From an uncultured archaeon (GTDB taxonomy: Archaea > Asgardarchaeota > Lokiarchaeia > Sigyniarchaeales > SOKP01), in contig CAZALK010000016.1 of NCBI GenBank assembly GCA_964486045.1, positions 67,853-131,852 of the forward strand: a DNA stretch of 64,000 nucleotides, written 5' to 3'. The position numbers and the translations under genes are program-made. Positions within the stretch are counted from its first letter, which is position 1. Each line of letters opens with the position of its first letter. Positions 21,283 to 31,529 of the stretch are shown here, one piece after another. Under the pieces are notes generated by a model. The model searched no databases. It saw only the letters and a list, made by a program, of their open reading frames with translations, and had not been told where the DNA came from.

Positions 21283-22542
21283 ATGTCGATTTCTTCAAAC
21301 GAGAGTATAAACGAGGATCCGAGATCTAAAAATGAAAATCGACAATCGTCAAAATTTTTAGAATTCATTATATATGTTATTTTCTTATTTGGTCCTTTAA
21401 CGGGGAATATTGTTCTAGTTTTGTTCCATGTGCTATCCGCTGAATTTAGTGTATCCCCAAACGCGATACTTATTGCAATCCCTGCGTTTATGTTTCCATT
21501 TGCATTGACACAACTATTTTCTGGAGCAATTTCAGATCTAAAAGGAAGATTTCCAGTTTTAATCACAGGTTTAATTATATTTGGAGTTGCGATGCTTTTA
21601 GCAGCACTATCAATTTCATTAGAAATGTATATAATTGCGAACATACTAAGTGGAATTGGATTTGGTCTTGTTAACCCGGTATTGATTGCTTTAATAACAG
21701 ATATAACAACTCCATCGAATATCTCTAAAAAGATGGGATTTCTTGGAGCGAGTGCTAATCTTGGGGTTGGACTAGGACCATTAATAGCATCTCAGATGAT
21801 TTTAATTGGATGGCAGTCAATTTACATATTGTTTATAGGAATAACCATTTTTGGTTTAATTTATTTTATAATGTCGAATCGGCCTCCTCAGAAATTTCCA
21901 GAAGTATCAGGAATTAGTGTTTTATTTTCACAACTCTCTACAGAATTACGTCGTTCAGTTGTAATTTTATTGTTAGTCTCCGCGTTTTTAGTTTCACATA
22001 CTTATTTAGCTATAACCATCTGGACTTCGAGTTTCCTTTCTGGTATCATAGATGAGGGTTTAGTCGGGTTAATACTAGGTATCGCTGGTGTTGGGGCAGC
22101 AATAGCAGGTGTTTTAACTGGTTCTACAATCAAGAAAAAGGGTTTGGGCATTCCCTTAATTATTGGTTCAATTTTTCTATTCACAGCGTTAATAATATTA
22201 CTACTAATAGGAGATATTACCCAAACAGATAAAATTGTTTTCTTAGCAACAGGGTGGATAATTTCAGGTCTTGCGGGAGGGACTCTCTTTCCAGCTATAG
22301 CCTATTATAGTCAAGTCATCTCACCAAAGAGACGAGGTGTTTTAGCAGGGTTACTTACTGCGTGTTACTTCATAGGAATTGCTTTAGTTCCTACAACATT
22401 AGCACCGATATCAGAATTGTTTGGGATAACTGGTATATATCTTTGCATTTTGGGAGTATCTGTGCTTTTTGTAATAAATACATTTTTATTATATAAAATT
22501 GCTAAACGTAAAATTTTAAATCTTGAATCTGCGCTCCATTAA
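21283..22542 (+). CDS. MFS transporter (DHA-like)
   Basis: GAISDLKGR motif A; about 12 TM segments. Confidence 0.9.
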   Translation: MSISSNESINEDPRSKNENRQSSKFLEFIIYVIFLFGPLTGNIVLVLFHVLSAEFSVSPNAILIAIPAFMFPFALTQLFSGAISDLKGRFPVLITGLIIFGVAMLLAALSISLEMYIIANILSGIGFGLVNPVLIALITDITTPSNISKKMGFLGASANLGVGLGPLIASQMILIGWQSIYILFIGITIFGLIYFIMSNRPPQKFPEVSGISVLFSQLSTELRRSVVILLLVSAFLVSHTYLAITIWTSSFLSGIIDEGLVGLILGIAGVGAAIAGVLTGSTIKKKGLGIPLIIGSIFLFTALIILLLIGDITQTDKIVFLATGWIISGLAGGTLFPAIAYYSQVISPKRRGVLAGLLTACYFIGIALVPTTLAPISELFGITGIYLCILGVSVLFVINTFLLYKIAKRKILNLESALH

Positions 22543-22579
22543 AACTATTCCAGACCTGGGATTAAAAAATAATTCTAAA

Positions 22580-22738
22580 CTAAAACTTGAATTTCTTTTT
22601 CACTCTTTTTTCTTTCACTTCTAGGGATTTTTTCTCTTTTCTTATAATTTTGAAAACCTTTCTTTTAGCATCACTAGATTTAAACGCTTTATCAAGTTCT
22701 TCTTCCAATTCTTCATCAGAGGTATCTTTCTGATTCAT
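22580..22738 (-). CDS. Small hypothetical protein (52 aa, acidic N-half, basic C-half)
   Basis: Manual ORF MNQKDTSDEELEEELDKAFKSSDAKRKVFKIIRKEKK...KFKF* filling an intergenic gap. Confidence 0.4.
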   Translation of the reverse strand: MNQKDTSDEELEEELDKAFKSSDAKRKVFKIIRKEKKSLEVKEKRVKKKFKF

Positions 22739-22820
22739 CAATTTTACTGAGTAAAAAGAAAATAAAAATATATGTAATTTTGTTTAATGATTATAATAAT
22801 TTTACCTAAAGCATGAATCC

Positions 22821-23147
22821 TTAAGCTTTAACCATTATTAACATCATTTTAAACTTTTTCAGAGCTTTTAACGCATGAGGCTCATTAGCAGGCATCATAA
22901 TCATCTGACCTTTTGTAAGAATATGGTTGTTTTGTGATATCGTAATTTCGGCTTCCCCATCAAAAACATATGCAATAGCATCAAACGGTGCGGTATGTTC
23001 ACTCAACCCTTCACCTTGATCAAAAGAAAATAATGTTACTGTGCCAACATCCTTATTAATTAAAGCCCTACTCACAATTGAGCCTTCTTGGTAATCCAAC
23101 ATTTTTACTAAATCTGTAGCTTGTGCTAATTCATTTCGTTCGCTCAT
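22821..23147 (-). CDS. Cupin domain protein
   Basis: LFSFDQGEGLSEHTAP and MPANEPHAL motifs. Confidence 0.92.
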   Translation of the reverse strand: MSERNELAQATDLVKMLDYQEGSIVSRALINKDVGTVTLFSFDQGEGLSEHTAPFDAIAYVFDGEAEITISQNNHILTKGQMIMMPANEPHALKALKKFKMMLIMVKA

Positions 23148-23284
23148 AATTAACTCAATTTATTATGGGTAACTAATTCTATCTTAAATAAAGATGAATT
23201 ATATTTAAACATAAATTCGAACATGTTGCATGCAATAGAACGCGCTTGGTTATTAGCATCTAGTGGATAAATAAGCTAATTTTG

Positions 23285-23815
23285 TTATTCCAGAACCACT
23301 GGAACTCTCCACTCCTGCCCGCATTTTCCACACTTATATTTTTTCCCATATATTCGTGGATAATCCATTATCATATTTGTTTTGTCAGTTTCTTCATATA
23401 TGAATTTATGGTCGGTATTATCACAACTAGGGCACATCCGTCTTGAATCACCGTCAATGATTATTTTATACTTTGAACTAAAAGGAGAATTTGGAGTTTC
23501 AAACTCAGATGAAACCTCTATATCCCTTCTCTTTGAAACTTTAGATCCTTTTGGTTTTTTTGAGGAATCTGGTACTTCTGCCTTCTTTTGTTTTTTGAAT
23601 AACTTAAGGGATGTCTTTTCTTCCTTCGGAACACTAGGTTTCTTTTCTTCCCTCGGAACACTGGGTTTCTTTTCTTTAGCAGATAATTTTTCCTTTAATA
23701 GAGAGTTCTCTTTTTGTAATTTCTTTATTCGTCCTCTTAAATCTGTATTCTCATTCTTTAATTTTTCTAATGTTTTTTCATTATCCCCTTGAGGTGGTTC
23801 TTTTATTTCTGTCAT
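23285..23815 (-). CDS. Coiled-coil protein with C-terminal zinc ribbon
   Basis: N-terminal heptads, duplicated EKKPSVP(R/K)E, C-terminal CPSC...CGKC. Confidence 0.75.
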   Translation of the reverse strand: MTEIKEPPQGDNEKTLEKLKNENTDLRGRIKKLQKENSLLKEKLSAKEKKPSVPREEKKPSVPKEEKTSLKLFKKQKKAEVPDSSKKPKGSKVSKRRDIEVSSEFETPNSPFSSKYKIIIDGDSRRMCPSCDNTDHKFIYEETDKTNMIMDYPRIYGKKYKCGKCGQEWRVPVVLE

Positions 23816-24007
23816 TTCTTTTAACTCCCAAATCAGTTAATTTAATTATACTATATTTTAAAAAAATCAGAACGTTTTTCTTAACAAGATAATAAACTAC
23901 TTATTAAAAAACTTAAGGAAATCGATACTGGAAAACTAAAACTTCTTATTGCAAAAAAAGATTTTTAAACTTGGAATTAATTTATTTTTATATTATAGTT
24001 TATCCAT

Positions 24008-24880
24008 TTGAGAAAGTGTGCTAAGATGCAATTATTTAAAATTAGTGATAAAGGAGATTTAGAACCACTTAACAGGTTAAACTTCGAGGAAAATGATGTC
24101 TATCTTGTTGATGATAATCAAAATAATACAATCTATGTTTGGGTGGGAATTCAGGTTAGTCAGGTTAAAAAAGATATCACAGCAGAGCTTGCAAGAAACT
24201 TGGATAAAAGACGTGGTGGATCTACAAAAATCCTCATTATGAAACAAAAAAGAGAATACGGGTCTTTTTTAGCCATGATGCATGATTTGGAAAAAGGTCG
24301 AATCCCAGGCGAGACAACAGAAAGAAGACCAGAGTTTGTCTTTAATGTACCTACTGAAAGCATAGAATCTGTAAAGCTTGATGGAATTCCAGAAGAACGG
24401 GAGGATGCACTTGAAACAAGAACAAGAGCTTGGTTAGCGCAATTAAATGAGCATAGACCATCTAAAGTAGACTCAAAACCTAGTGAGGCCACCAAAGCTG
24501 TCAAATTCATAAGACTTGAGAGGGAGACTGGGAAAATCGAACCAACTGATAAGTCAAATGTTGAAAGAATTACAGTTACAGAACAATTTATAGAAGAAGT
24601 TGAGGAACCTGACCTTAAAACCCATGTAAGAGAGGCGGCATATTATCTTTCGTTAAAAAAATATACGTACGATCAACTCTGTTGGCTTCTGAGCGAGCAG
24701 ATTCAAAAAATAAACCTAGACCTTCCTTCGATTGAGGATATTAAGAAAAAGGCCGAGGAGATCTTCCGATCAGGTTGTACTTATGATGAACTCTGCTGGC
24801 TTAATTCTGAGATGGATTTTCTAATCAAAAAGAGCTTTTTGGAAAAAAATGTTAATAAATTTCGTTACTTAACGAAATAG
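24008..24880 (+). CDS. Gelsolin-domain protein with helical C-terminal domain (1DGelX-like)
   Basis: DVYLVD..IYVWVG..S..KK..A..L..RGG..I.IMKQ..E..SFL gelsolin pattern; C-terminal duplicated A....(Y/C)TYD(Q/E)LCWL.SE helices. Likely start at ATG about 24026. Confidence 0.8.
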   Translation: MRKCAKMQLFKISDKGDLEPLNRLNFEENDVYLVDDNQNNTIYVWVGIQVSQVKKDITAELARNLDKRRGGSTKILIMKQKREYGSFLAMMHDLEKGRIPGETTERRPEFVFNVPTESIESVKLDGIPEEREDALETRTRAWLAQLNEHRPSKVDSKPSEATKAVKFIRLERETGKIEPTDKSNVERITVTEQFIEEVEEPDLKTHVREAAYYLSLKKYTYDQLCWLLSEQIQKINLDLPSIEDIKKKAEEIFRSGCTYDELCWLNSEMDFLIKKSFLEKNVNKFRYLTK

Positions 24881-25518
24881 GTTATTATAGTAATACACCC
24901 TATACTGATAAAGATTGTAGTGGAAATTATGGTTATATATAATTTAGGGACTTTTTTAGCTATTAGAGCTCCCAAGAATACACCCATCCATGCTAAAGTT
25001 ATAAGCGCTAAAAATGATCCGATCCACACTTCTATAGGAGAAGAATAAACGGATGTAAGGGTAACGGTTAGTATTTGAGTTTTATCCCCTAATTCCATAA
25101 TAAAAATAAATAAACATCCCGAGAGATATGGATTACTCTTTAACTTGGTAAGTTTAGATGTAATTATTTTCTTAGAACTAGTTTTCTCTGAATCGTCTTC
25201 AATTATTGTATTTCCAATAGTTTTATTTTGTCGTTCGTGGTAGAGTTTCTTGATTTTGGGTAGTTCTAACAAACCCATAACTAAAAAAAGAATACCGGAG
25301 AATAGAGTAATAATTGAAAGATCTACAATTTGACCAATAAACATTCCAATAATTACCCCAAGAGAGACAATAAGGGCAAAGCCTAGCGTTGCTCCTATAC
25401 CAACCTTATATGATTTATCATATTCCAAAGTTAAATTAAATACAATTAGTTGGGTTTTATCACCAAGCTCCCCAAGAAATAATATCCCATATGTAATAAA
25501 AACAATAATCCAATCCAT
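24865..25518 (-). CDS. TMEM165/GDT1 (UPF0016) Ca2+/Mn2+ transporter
   Basis: Two ELGDKTQ motifs, 6 TM segments. Confidence 0.95.
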   Translation of the reverse strand: MDWIIVFITYGILFLGELGDKTQLIVFNLTLEYDKSYKVGIGATLGFALIVSLGVIIGMFIGQIVDLSIITLFSGILFLVMGLLELPKIKKLYHERQNKTIGNTIIEDDSEKTSSKKIITSKLTKLKSNPYLSGCLFIFIMELGDKTQILTVTLTSVYSSPIEVWIGSFLALITLAWMGVFLGALIAKKVPKLYITIISTTIFISIGCITIITYFVK

Positions 25519-25657
25519 GTTTAATTAAATTTAATTTAAAATAAAAAGTGTCTGTTTAACTTACAAAAAATTTAGTTTGAATGAATTATAATGTCTAAAA
25601 TTAGCAAATTGTAATTAAAATGATAAAAAAAGTAGTACGAAAAAAGATCTAGTTATT

Positions 25658-25963
25658 TCAACCACAACAACTATCGCTCTGTGGGTTTTTTGCTCGAGAA
25701 CGGGCATCATATAAACAACCGCAACCTTGACGTTCTTGTAAGAGTATTGCCATTGCGGGACAGTTTCTTTTACAAGCGCTACATTCAGTACATCTTTCTG
25801 GTTCAAGGACTTCGAATTTTCCATTATTAGTTGGTTGGGGGATCCCAAAGGGACAAATCTCGAAACAGATTCCACAACCCGTGCATAAATCTTGATCAAT
25901 CGAAATTTTTGGAAGTACAATATTTATATTTATCGAAGTGGTTTTTAGGGTTATTTTTTTCAC
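25658..25963 (-). CDS. HgcB-like 2x[4Fe-4S] ferredoxin
   Basis: CTGCGICFEICP and CTECSACKRNCP, then GCGC and C-terminal CCG; directly downstream of the hgcA-like gene. Confidence 0.75.
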   Translation of the reverse strand: MKKITLKTTSININIVLPKISIDQDLCTGCGICFEICPFGIPQPTNNGKFEVLEPERCTECSACKRNCPAMAILLQERQGCGCLYDARSRAKNPQSDSCCG

Positions 25964-26021
25964 ACCTTTTTTTCTTTCTAACTATATTAAGGGCTTAATC
26001 ATATTTATGTTATTTCATAAT

Positions 26022-27680
26022 TTAAAATAAAACAATTCCACTTATTGTCAATGCTACTCCAATGATTAACAAAAGAATATGGATCTTCCTAAATGTGGGA
26101 TACTCTTTCTGAATCTCACCCGGACTAGTAGCCATTGAGTATCCACTCAAACTCATAGTTGAGAAGAAGGCAACCCAGAAATAAAAGATAACATTCCAGA
26201 GAATTAGAAAAAAATTCGAATGTAATACCCATGTTAGGCCCCCCAATAGAAAGACATTAAGAATCCCAAAGAAAATACCTTTAATTATGAACTTCCGAGT
26301 GAATTCTGATAAAGGAAACAAAACGGTAATTAGAGCATTAGTTACAATGATCCAGAGCCAAATCTCACCTATCCTCCAAAATTTACTGATCCAAAATGGT
26401 GGATGAATAAAGCTCAACCCAACGAGAAGGAGTAGCAAGACGATTGAAGGTAGAAAAAATATTTTTCGTAGTAAAAAAGTCGTATGGGTAATAAATGCTC
26501 TTAGTCGGTGAGAACTTGTAAATTTAGCGAGTTTCCATTTATCGGGTTTTTTAGCAGGACGATCTTTTAAAAACTGCGGTAAGTATTTTGCCCAGACAGG
26601 TCCGAACAGAAGATTAAAGGGGAAGCTTGGTGATTCACTAGATATCAAGGGGGCAGCTACCCCTCCTGCTGAAAGTTGGGGAAGTATTAAGGTTTTTCTA
26701 GTAGTAACATTTTCAATCCCTGAGGCTTCAACAGCCTCAATGAGTTGTTTGTTACCAAAATTATTTCCTCGTGCTGCACACCATACATTTATACCATCAG
26801 AATCTACACACAACACCCAAGAATCTATTCCCTTAAGGGCACGCATAACTCTAATAAAAGTATAAAGATAATTCGCAGTTGCTATAACCGGTGATTTTTC
26901 ATCTGGGTGTCCTGATTGATAAATTCCCGGTTCAATTGGGATATGATCTGCTTGACCTGTAAAAATACATTTATAAATTTGCATCTGGGATCGAAATCCT
27001 TTGAATTTCCGAGCTGGTGGTCTATAATATCCAGGTTCACTATCATCTCCTTTAGTAGTTTTTTGTAATTCCAATGCTCTAATAGAACCATGCTTCCAAT
27101 TCTCTTCAGCCACTATCTTAAATCCTATAGGTTCAAGATAATTAATAAACCATTTTACTCGAGATGTACTTGGAAGTCGAAGTCTTCTCAGTTTTTTCTT
27201 ATACCACCATCGTTTTAAGTTAAACACTATTTTCCAAAACCCAGAGGGAACAAATTCAGCACCGATAATTAATTTTCCATTTTGGCTTAGTTTTTTCCAT
27301 GCATTTCTTAGAAAAATCTGTTGTTCAAATGGTCTCAGTTCAGAAATCATAAAAGTACTTACTATAACATCTATATAACTCTCTTCAGTGGGTATTTCTG
27401 TGATAGTTCCTATTTGATATGTTAATTTCACTTCTTTATCTGTAGGATAATTTTTCATAGCAGTATTAATCATTTGAAAATTTTTGTCTATTGCTATTAC
27501 TTCATTCCCTTTTAACGCTATATTAGCAGCAAGGACACCTGTACCACATCCTACTTCCAGTACTGAATGAGAGGTTCCAATTTGATTTAGGATCCAATCT
27601 TTAACTTTGATATTAACCCCTTTGGTTAAAGCTGTAAATTTCTCTTCATACGTATCTGGTTCTTCTTCTAGCTTTCGCAT
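26022..27680 (-). CDS. Fusion of class I SAM methyltransferase and HgcA-like corrinoid-binding membrane protein
   Basis: N-terminal VLEVGCGTG/AID motifs; middle PGIY..G.PD..SPV..TANY, DSDGINVWCAARG, LILPQLSAGGVAA, FGPV; 4-5 C-terminal TM helices with MSLSGYS..TS....KE. Confidence 0.88.
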   Translation of the reverse strand: MRKLEEEPDTYEEKFTALTKGVNIKVKDWILNQIGTSHSVLEVGCGTGVLAANIALKGNEVIAIDKNFQMINTAMKNYPTDKEVKLTYQIGTITEIPTEESYIDVIVSTFMISELRPFEQQIFLRNAWKKLSQNGKLIIGAEFVPSGFWKIVFNLKRWWYKKKLRRLRLPSTSRVKWFINYLEPIGFKIVAEENWKHGSIRALELQKTTKGDDSEPGYYRPPARKFKGFRSQMQIYKCIFTGQADHIPIEPGIYQSGHPDEKSPVIATANYLYTFIRVMRALKGIDSWVLCVDSDGINVWCAARGNNFGNKQLIEAVEASGIENVTTRKTLILPQLSAGGVAAPLISSESPSFPFNLLFGPVWAKYLPQFLKDRPAKKPDKWKLAKFTSSHRLRAFITHTTFLLRKIFFLPSIVLLLLLVGLSFIHPPFWISKFWRIGEIWLWIIVTNALITVLFPLSEFTRKFIIKGIFFGILNVFLLGGLTWVLHSNFFLILWNVIFYFWVAFFSTMSLSGYSMATSPGEIQKEYPTFRKIHILLLIIGVALTISGIVLF

Positions 27681-28030
27681 AAAAGTAACAGCGATGATAA
27701 TCCCTCCTTTAACATGCTAATCATTATGATTGATAATTAAATTATGGATATTGAAAAAAAAAATTTAATGAAAAATTAAAGTTTTTATTTTTATAAATAT
27801 TCTACGTTATTTAAAAATTGTAATTAAGACTAATTAATGTCTGAATAATTTATCCTAATTAGCATTCTGACAAAAAATCGGTCAATAGTGGCGGAAATAA
27901 TTATTAATTTAGATACAAAACGTTTATATAGAACCTTTAATCCTTATATAAATACTATTCTTTAATTTAATTTTAAAATAAAAATAAACAAAAATAGAAA
28001 TAAAAAAAAAGTATTCAAAAGGTAATTTTA

Positions 28031-28639
28031 ATGAGCAATGAGGAATTAAGTGAAGAGAAATTTTGGGGTAAGAAACTAAAAGAACATTGGAAAGCTTTAG
28101 CCATTGGTATAACAGGAGCAATTGTTGCTTTTATTGGGGTATTACTAGTTTTGATTTGGTTTATAACAGTATCTCCTATTGGAAGATTTGGATTGGCATC
28201 CATTGCTGAGTGGAATCTAGATTGGGTCGTCGGAGCTATGATTTTGATAACTGTTTGGGTTTTACTATTTGTAGGGGTACCATCAGCATTATTTTTCGGG
28301 TTAGGCGGATATTTGTTTTGGCGTAGTTTACCAGCGGAAGAAAAGAAAGAGTTTAAAGATCGAGATAAAAAAGAGAAAGCGCGTAGGAAAGAAAAGTACG
28401 GTGGTGGTGGTGGTGGTAGTTTCGGTATATTTATTGCGTACTGTCTTTACCATTTCATAATAGCCCCCCAAACATATTTTACTCCTTTTGGGGATCTTCC
28501 ATATACTTACTGGTTATCTACTTGGTTTTTAACCGTGATGTGGATTTTTATTGTACTTGGAATTCCAGCACTAATAATTCTTACAATAGTATATTTTACA
28601 TATTGGAGAAAAAAGTCAGAAAAAAAAATTAAAAATTAA
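28031..28639 (+). CDS. Hypothetical membrane protein with Gly-rich loop
   Basis: 4 TM segments, YGGGGGGSF. Confidence 0.7.
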   Translation: MSNEELSEEKFWGKKLKEHWKALAIGITGAIVAFIGVLLVLIWFITVSPIGRFGLASIAEWNLDWVVGAMILITVWVLLFVGVPSALFFGLGGYLFWRSLPAEEKKEFKDRDKKEKARRKEKYGGGGGGSFGIFIAYCLYHFIIAPQTYFTPFGDLPYTYWLSTWFLTVMWIFIVLGIPALIILTIVYFTYWRKKSEKKIKN

Positions 28640-28807
28640 TAACAATTTCTTTTACTTTTTTTATATTTTAGGTTGGAAATATCTTCTTTTCAATCAAATT
28701 GAGTATCATTTCTGAAATAGATTTATTCTAAATATCTCAAAAACACATATGTATTTTTGACTATGAAATGAAAAAAGATTTTACTAATGACTAGATAATT
28801 TGAAAGA

Positions 28808-29389
28808 TTAAGCAGCAAGTTTTTTAAGCACGTGAGCAAAATTAATACCTAAATTCTTGAGTGTCTGAATTCCCTCTTTATCATCTAAAACTTCACCTGG
28901 TTTTCTCCCTATCGCTAGATTCCAATAGGTAGAACCAACTACAATCATTTCTTTGATTAGAAAGAAATAGTTTATACTTGAAAAGACATGATTCGCCCCA
29001 GCACGTCTAACTGCAACTACAGCAGCTCCCAATTTATTTTTTAATAGCCTTCTAGTGGCATATCCTGCTCGTTCTATTAACGCTTTTGTACTTGCGGTTA
29101 AATCTGAGAAGTAGGTTGGAGAGCCAATAATTATCCCGTCGGATTCAAGCATTATCCTAATATACTCATTCATATTATCTCCTTGAATGGTGCATTTTTG
29201 ATCATTGTTAACAATGCACTCATTGCAAGCAATACACCCTTGTAACTTCTCTCTCCCAAACCAAATGTATTCACACTCAATTCCAGCAGATTTTAATTCG
29301 TCCATTACTAAATTTAAACAATGGTATGTATTCCCCTTTTTTCGAGGGCTTCCATTAAATAGTGCAACCTTCATAAAAACCATCCCCAA
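28808..29389 (-). CDS. Iron-sulfur flavoprotein (flavodoxin-like)
   Basis: GSPRKKGNT, CIACNEC....KC, GSPTYF and RRAGA motifs. Confidence 0.92.
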   Translation of the reverse strand: MGMVFMKVALFNGSPRKKGNTYHCLNLVMDELKSAGIECEYIWFGREKLQGCIACNECIVNNDQKCTIQGDNMNEYIRIMLESDGIIIGSPTYFSDLTASTKALIERAGYATRRLLKNKLGAAVVAVRRAGANHVFSSINYFFLIKEMIVVGSTYWNLAIGRKPGEVLDDKEGIQTLKNLGINFAHVLKKLAA

Positions 29390-29556
29390 ATAATGTTATT
29401 TGATAATTATTTTTCAGTAATAATGAGTTTATTATTAATCTTTTCCATTCTTCTACTCATTTATATCTAAGTTTTTTATTACATTCATTTTCAAAATAAA
29501 TTTAAAATAAAAAATCATTTTTCTCCATGTACAAAATTATTATTAAATGATTTTCC

Positions 29557-30804
29557 ATGCATTCTCGTCCAGAACTACTAGCTCCAGCTCAAGACTGGAA
29601 TTCATTAAAATTTGTAAAAGGTTTTGCGGATGCAATATATTTCGGTGTACAAAATTATAACATGAGAATCAAGGCTAAAAATTTTGACCGAAAAGATTTA
29701 AAAAAAATTGTAGATTTCTGTCATAGTCAAGATCCTCTTATAAGATCCTATTTAACAACAAATATCTTAATTTATGACGCTGAATTACCAGAATTAGAAA
29801 ATTTAATATCTGAAGCTAAGGAATCTGGGATAGATGCGATAATTGCTCATGATCTAGCCGCAATTAGAATCGCTAAAAAATATAATATGGAATTTCATAT
29901 TTCAACTCAAGCAAATGTTTCTAATATTGAAGCTGCAAAATTTTTTGAAGAATTAGGTGCTGAAAGAATAATATTGGCCAGAGAATTATCGCTTAAACAA
30001 ATCACATTGATAAAAAATTTATTGACTAAGACTAAAATTGAGTGTTTTGTTCATGGTTCTATGTGTACTTCTATTTCAGGGAGATGTTATTTTTCTGCAA
30101 CACTCAGTAATTCTGAAAAGGATTCCGCAAATCGAGGAAATTGTACTCAACCTTGCAGAAGAGAATGGAGAGTAATAGACGATGAGAGTAATGAATTCAT
30201 ATACGATGGTCAAACGTTTATGAACACTAAGGATTTAAATATGATTGAATATATCCCTGAGCTTATTGATGCCCACGTCGATGCATTCAAAATTGAGGGA
30301 AGGATGAAAGATCCTCTTTATGTAAAAACAGTAAGTGAGTGTTATAAAGAAGCTTTAGATGCATATTTCGATAAGACATACAATGAGGAAAAAGTACAGA
30401 ATTGGTTAGAAAGACTTTCAAATGTTTATAATCGTGGCTTTCATACAGGTTTTTACTTTCAACGTCCTACTATAGAAGATATTGAACTACACAAACGGGG
30501 GAATATTTCACCTTATAAGAAGTACTATTTAGGAAAAATTCTTTCCTATGACAAAATTAGTAAATCTGCTAATGTTTTACTTGAGAGCCTAGGTATCCCA
30601 TTAAAATTAGGAGATGAGATAGTTATTACTGGTTCAACAACTTACATGATTGAAACCGTAAAAAAAATGATTTACAAGGGAGAGAAAATAAAAAACATAG
30701 TAAGAAAGAAACACAGTTATCCTATCAAAATTAATTTACCATTGAATGTAGAAGTTAAACTGAACGATAAAATTTATATAATTTCAAAAACAACCCTTTG
30801 TTGA
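29557..30804 (+). CDS. U32 family protein (TrhP/RlhA-like Fe-S hydroxylase)
   Basis: [42 protein letters not shown] and KIEGR motifs. Confidence 0.92.
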   Translation: MHSRPELLAPAQDWNSLKFVKGFADAIYFGVQNYNMRIKAKNFDRKDLKKIVDFCHSQDPLIRSYLTTNILIYDAELPELENLISEAKESGIDAIIAHDLAAIRIAKKYNMEFHISTQANVSNIEAAKFFEELGAERIILARELSLKQITLIKNLLTKTKIECFVHGSMCTSISGRCYFSATLSNSEKDSANRGNCTQPCRREWRVIDDESNEFIYDGQTFMNTKDLNMIEYIPELIDAHVDAFKIEGRMKDPLYVKTVSECYKEALDAYFDKTYNEEKVQNWLERLSNVYNRGFHTGFYFQRPTIEDIELHKRGNISPYKKYYLGKILSYDKISKSANVLLESLGIPLKLGDEIVITGSTTYMIETVKKMIYKGEKIKNIVRKKHSYPIKINLPLNVEVKLNDKIYIISKTTLC

Positions 30805-31508
30805 AAGTATTCTCATTAATCAATAGAATTGCAATGAACTTTGAAAATAAGAGAAAAAGGCTAGTTGGAAGGCTTAGCAAGAAGGAGATTTTAAACAAAC
30901 AAGAAGTGATTAACGCAATGTCAACAGTCCCCAGACATCTTTTTATCCCAAAGGCTGCAGAATCTTCAGCATATATGGACACTCCCTTATCTATAGGATG
31001 TAACCAAACAATTAGTGCTCCTCATATGAATGCTATGATGTGTGAATACTTAGAATTAAAAGAAGGAAATAAGATACTTGAAATTGGAACAGGTTCGGGG
31101 TATCATGCTGCTCTATGTGCAGAATTAGTTGCTCCGAAAGGAACGGATAATCCTGGACATGTGTATACGATTGAGCGTCATGAGGAACTAGTTGAAAATG
31201 CGAGAAATAGTCTTAAACAAACAGGATATGCTAGTAGAGTCACAGTAATTCATGGTGATGGCACTATGGGATACTCTAAAGAAGCACCTTATGATAAGAT
31301 TTTAGTGACAGCTGCGTCTCCCAAAAAAGTTCCTCCACCTTTACGAGAACAATTAAATAATGGTGGAATTCTCTGTATTCCAACGGGTTCTAAAGGTTAT
31401 GCCCAAGATTTATATGTTATCAGAAAACATGGTGATAACTATGAATCGAAAAGAATAACGGGAGTTCGATTTGTACCGCTTATCGGGAAGTATGGGTTTG
31501 AACCGTAG
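30798..31508 (+). CDS. pcm: Protein-L-isoaspartate O-methyltransferase
   Basis: [32 protein letters not shown] and VRFVPL motifs; true start may be about 30834. Confidence 0.95.
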   Translation: MLKVFSLINRIAMNFENKRKRLVGRLSKKEILNKQEVINAMSTVPRHLFIPKAAESSAYMDTPLSIGCNQTISAPHMNAMMCEYLELKEGNKILEIGTGSGYHAALCAELVAPKGTDNPGHVYTIERHEELVENARNSLKQTGYASRVTVIHGDGTMGYSKEAPYDKILVTAASPKKVPPPLREQLNNGGILCIPTGSKGYAQDLYVIRKHGDNYESKRITGVRFVPLIGKYGFEP

Positions 31509-31529
31509 ATCTAAGTGTGTTTAATCTAT

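Noticed and set aside
25615-25920. Alternative-frame ORF overlapping the ferredoxin
   Set aside because: The 25658..25963 frame carries both 4Fe-4S motifs; this frame has no recognisable features.
26022-27000. Calling the corrinoid domain CdhD/AcsC, or assigning the symbol hgcA outright
   Set aside because: TM helices and the NVWCA cap helix argue against the acetyl-CoA synthase subunit, but the AARG variant and the fusion prevent a confident canonical hgcA call.
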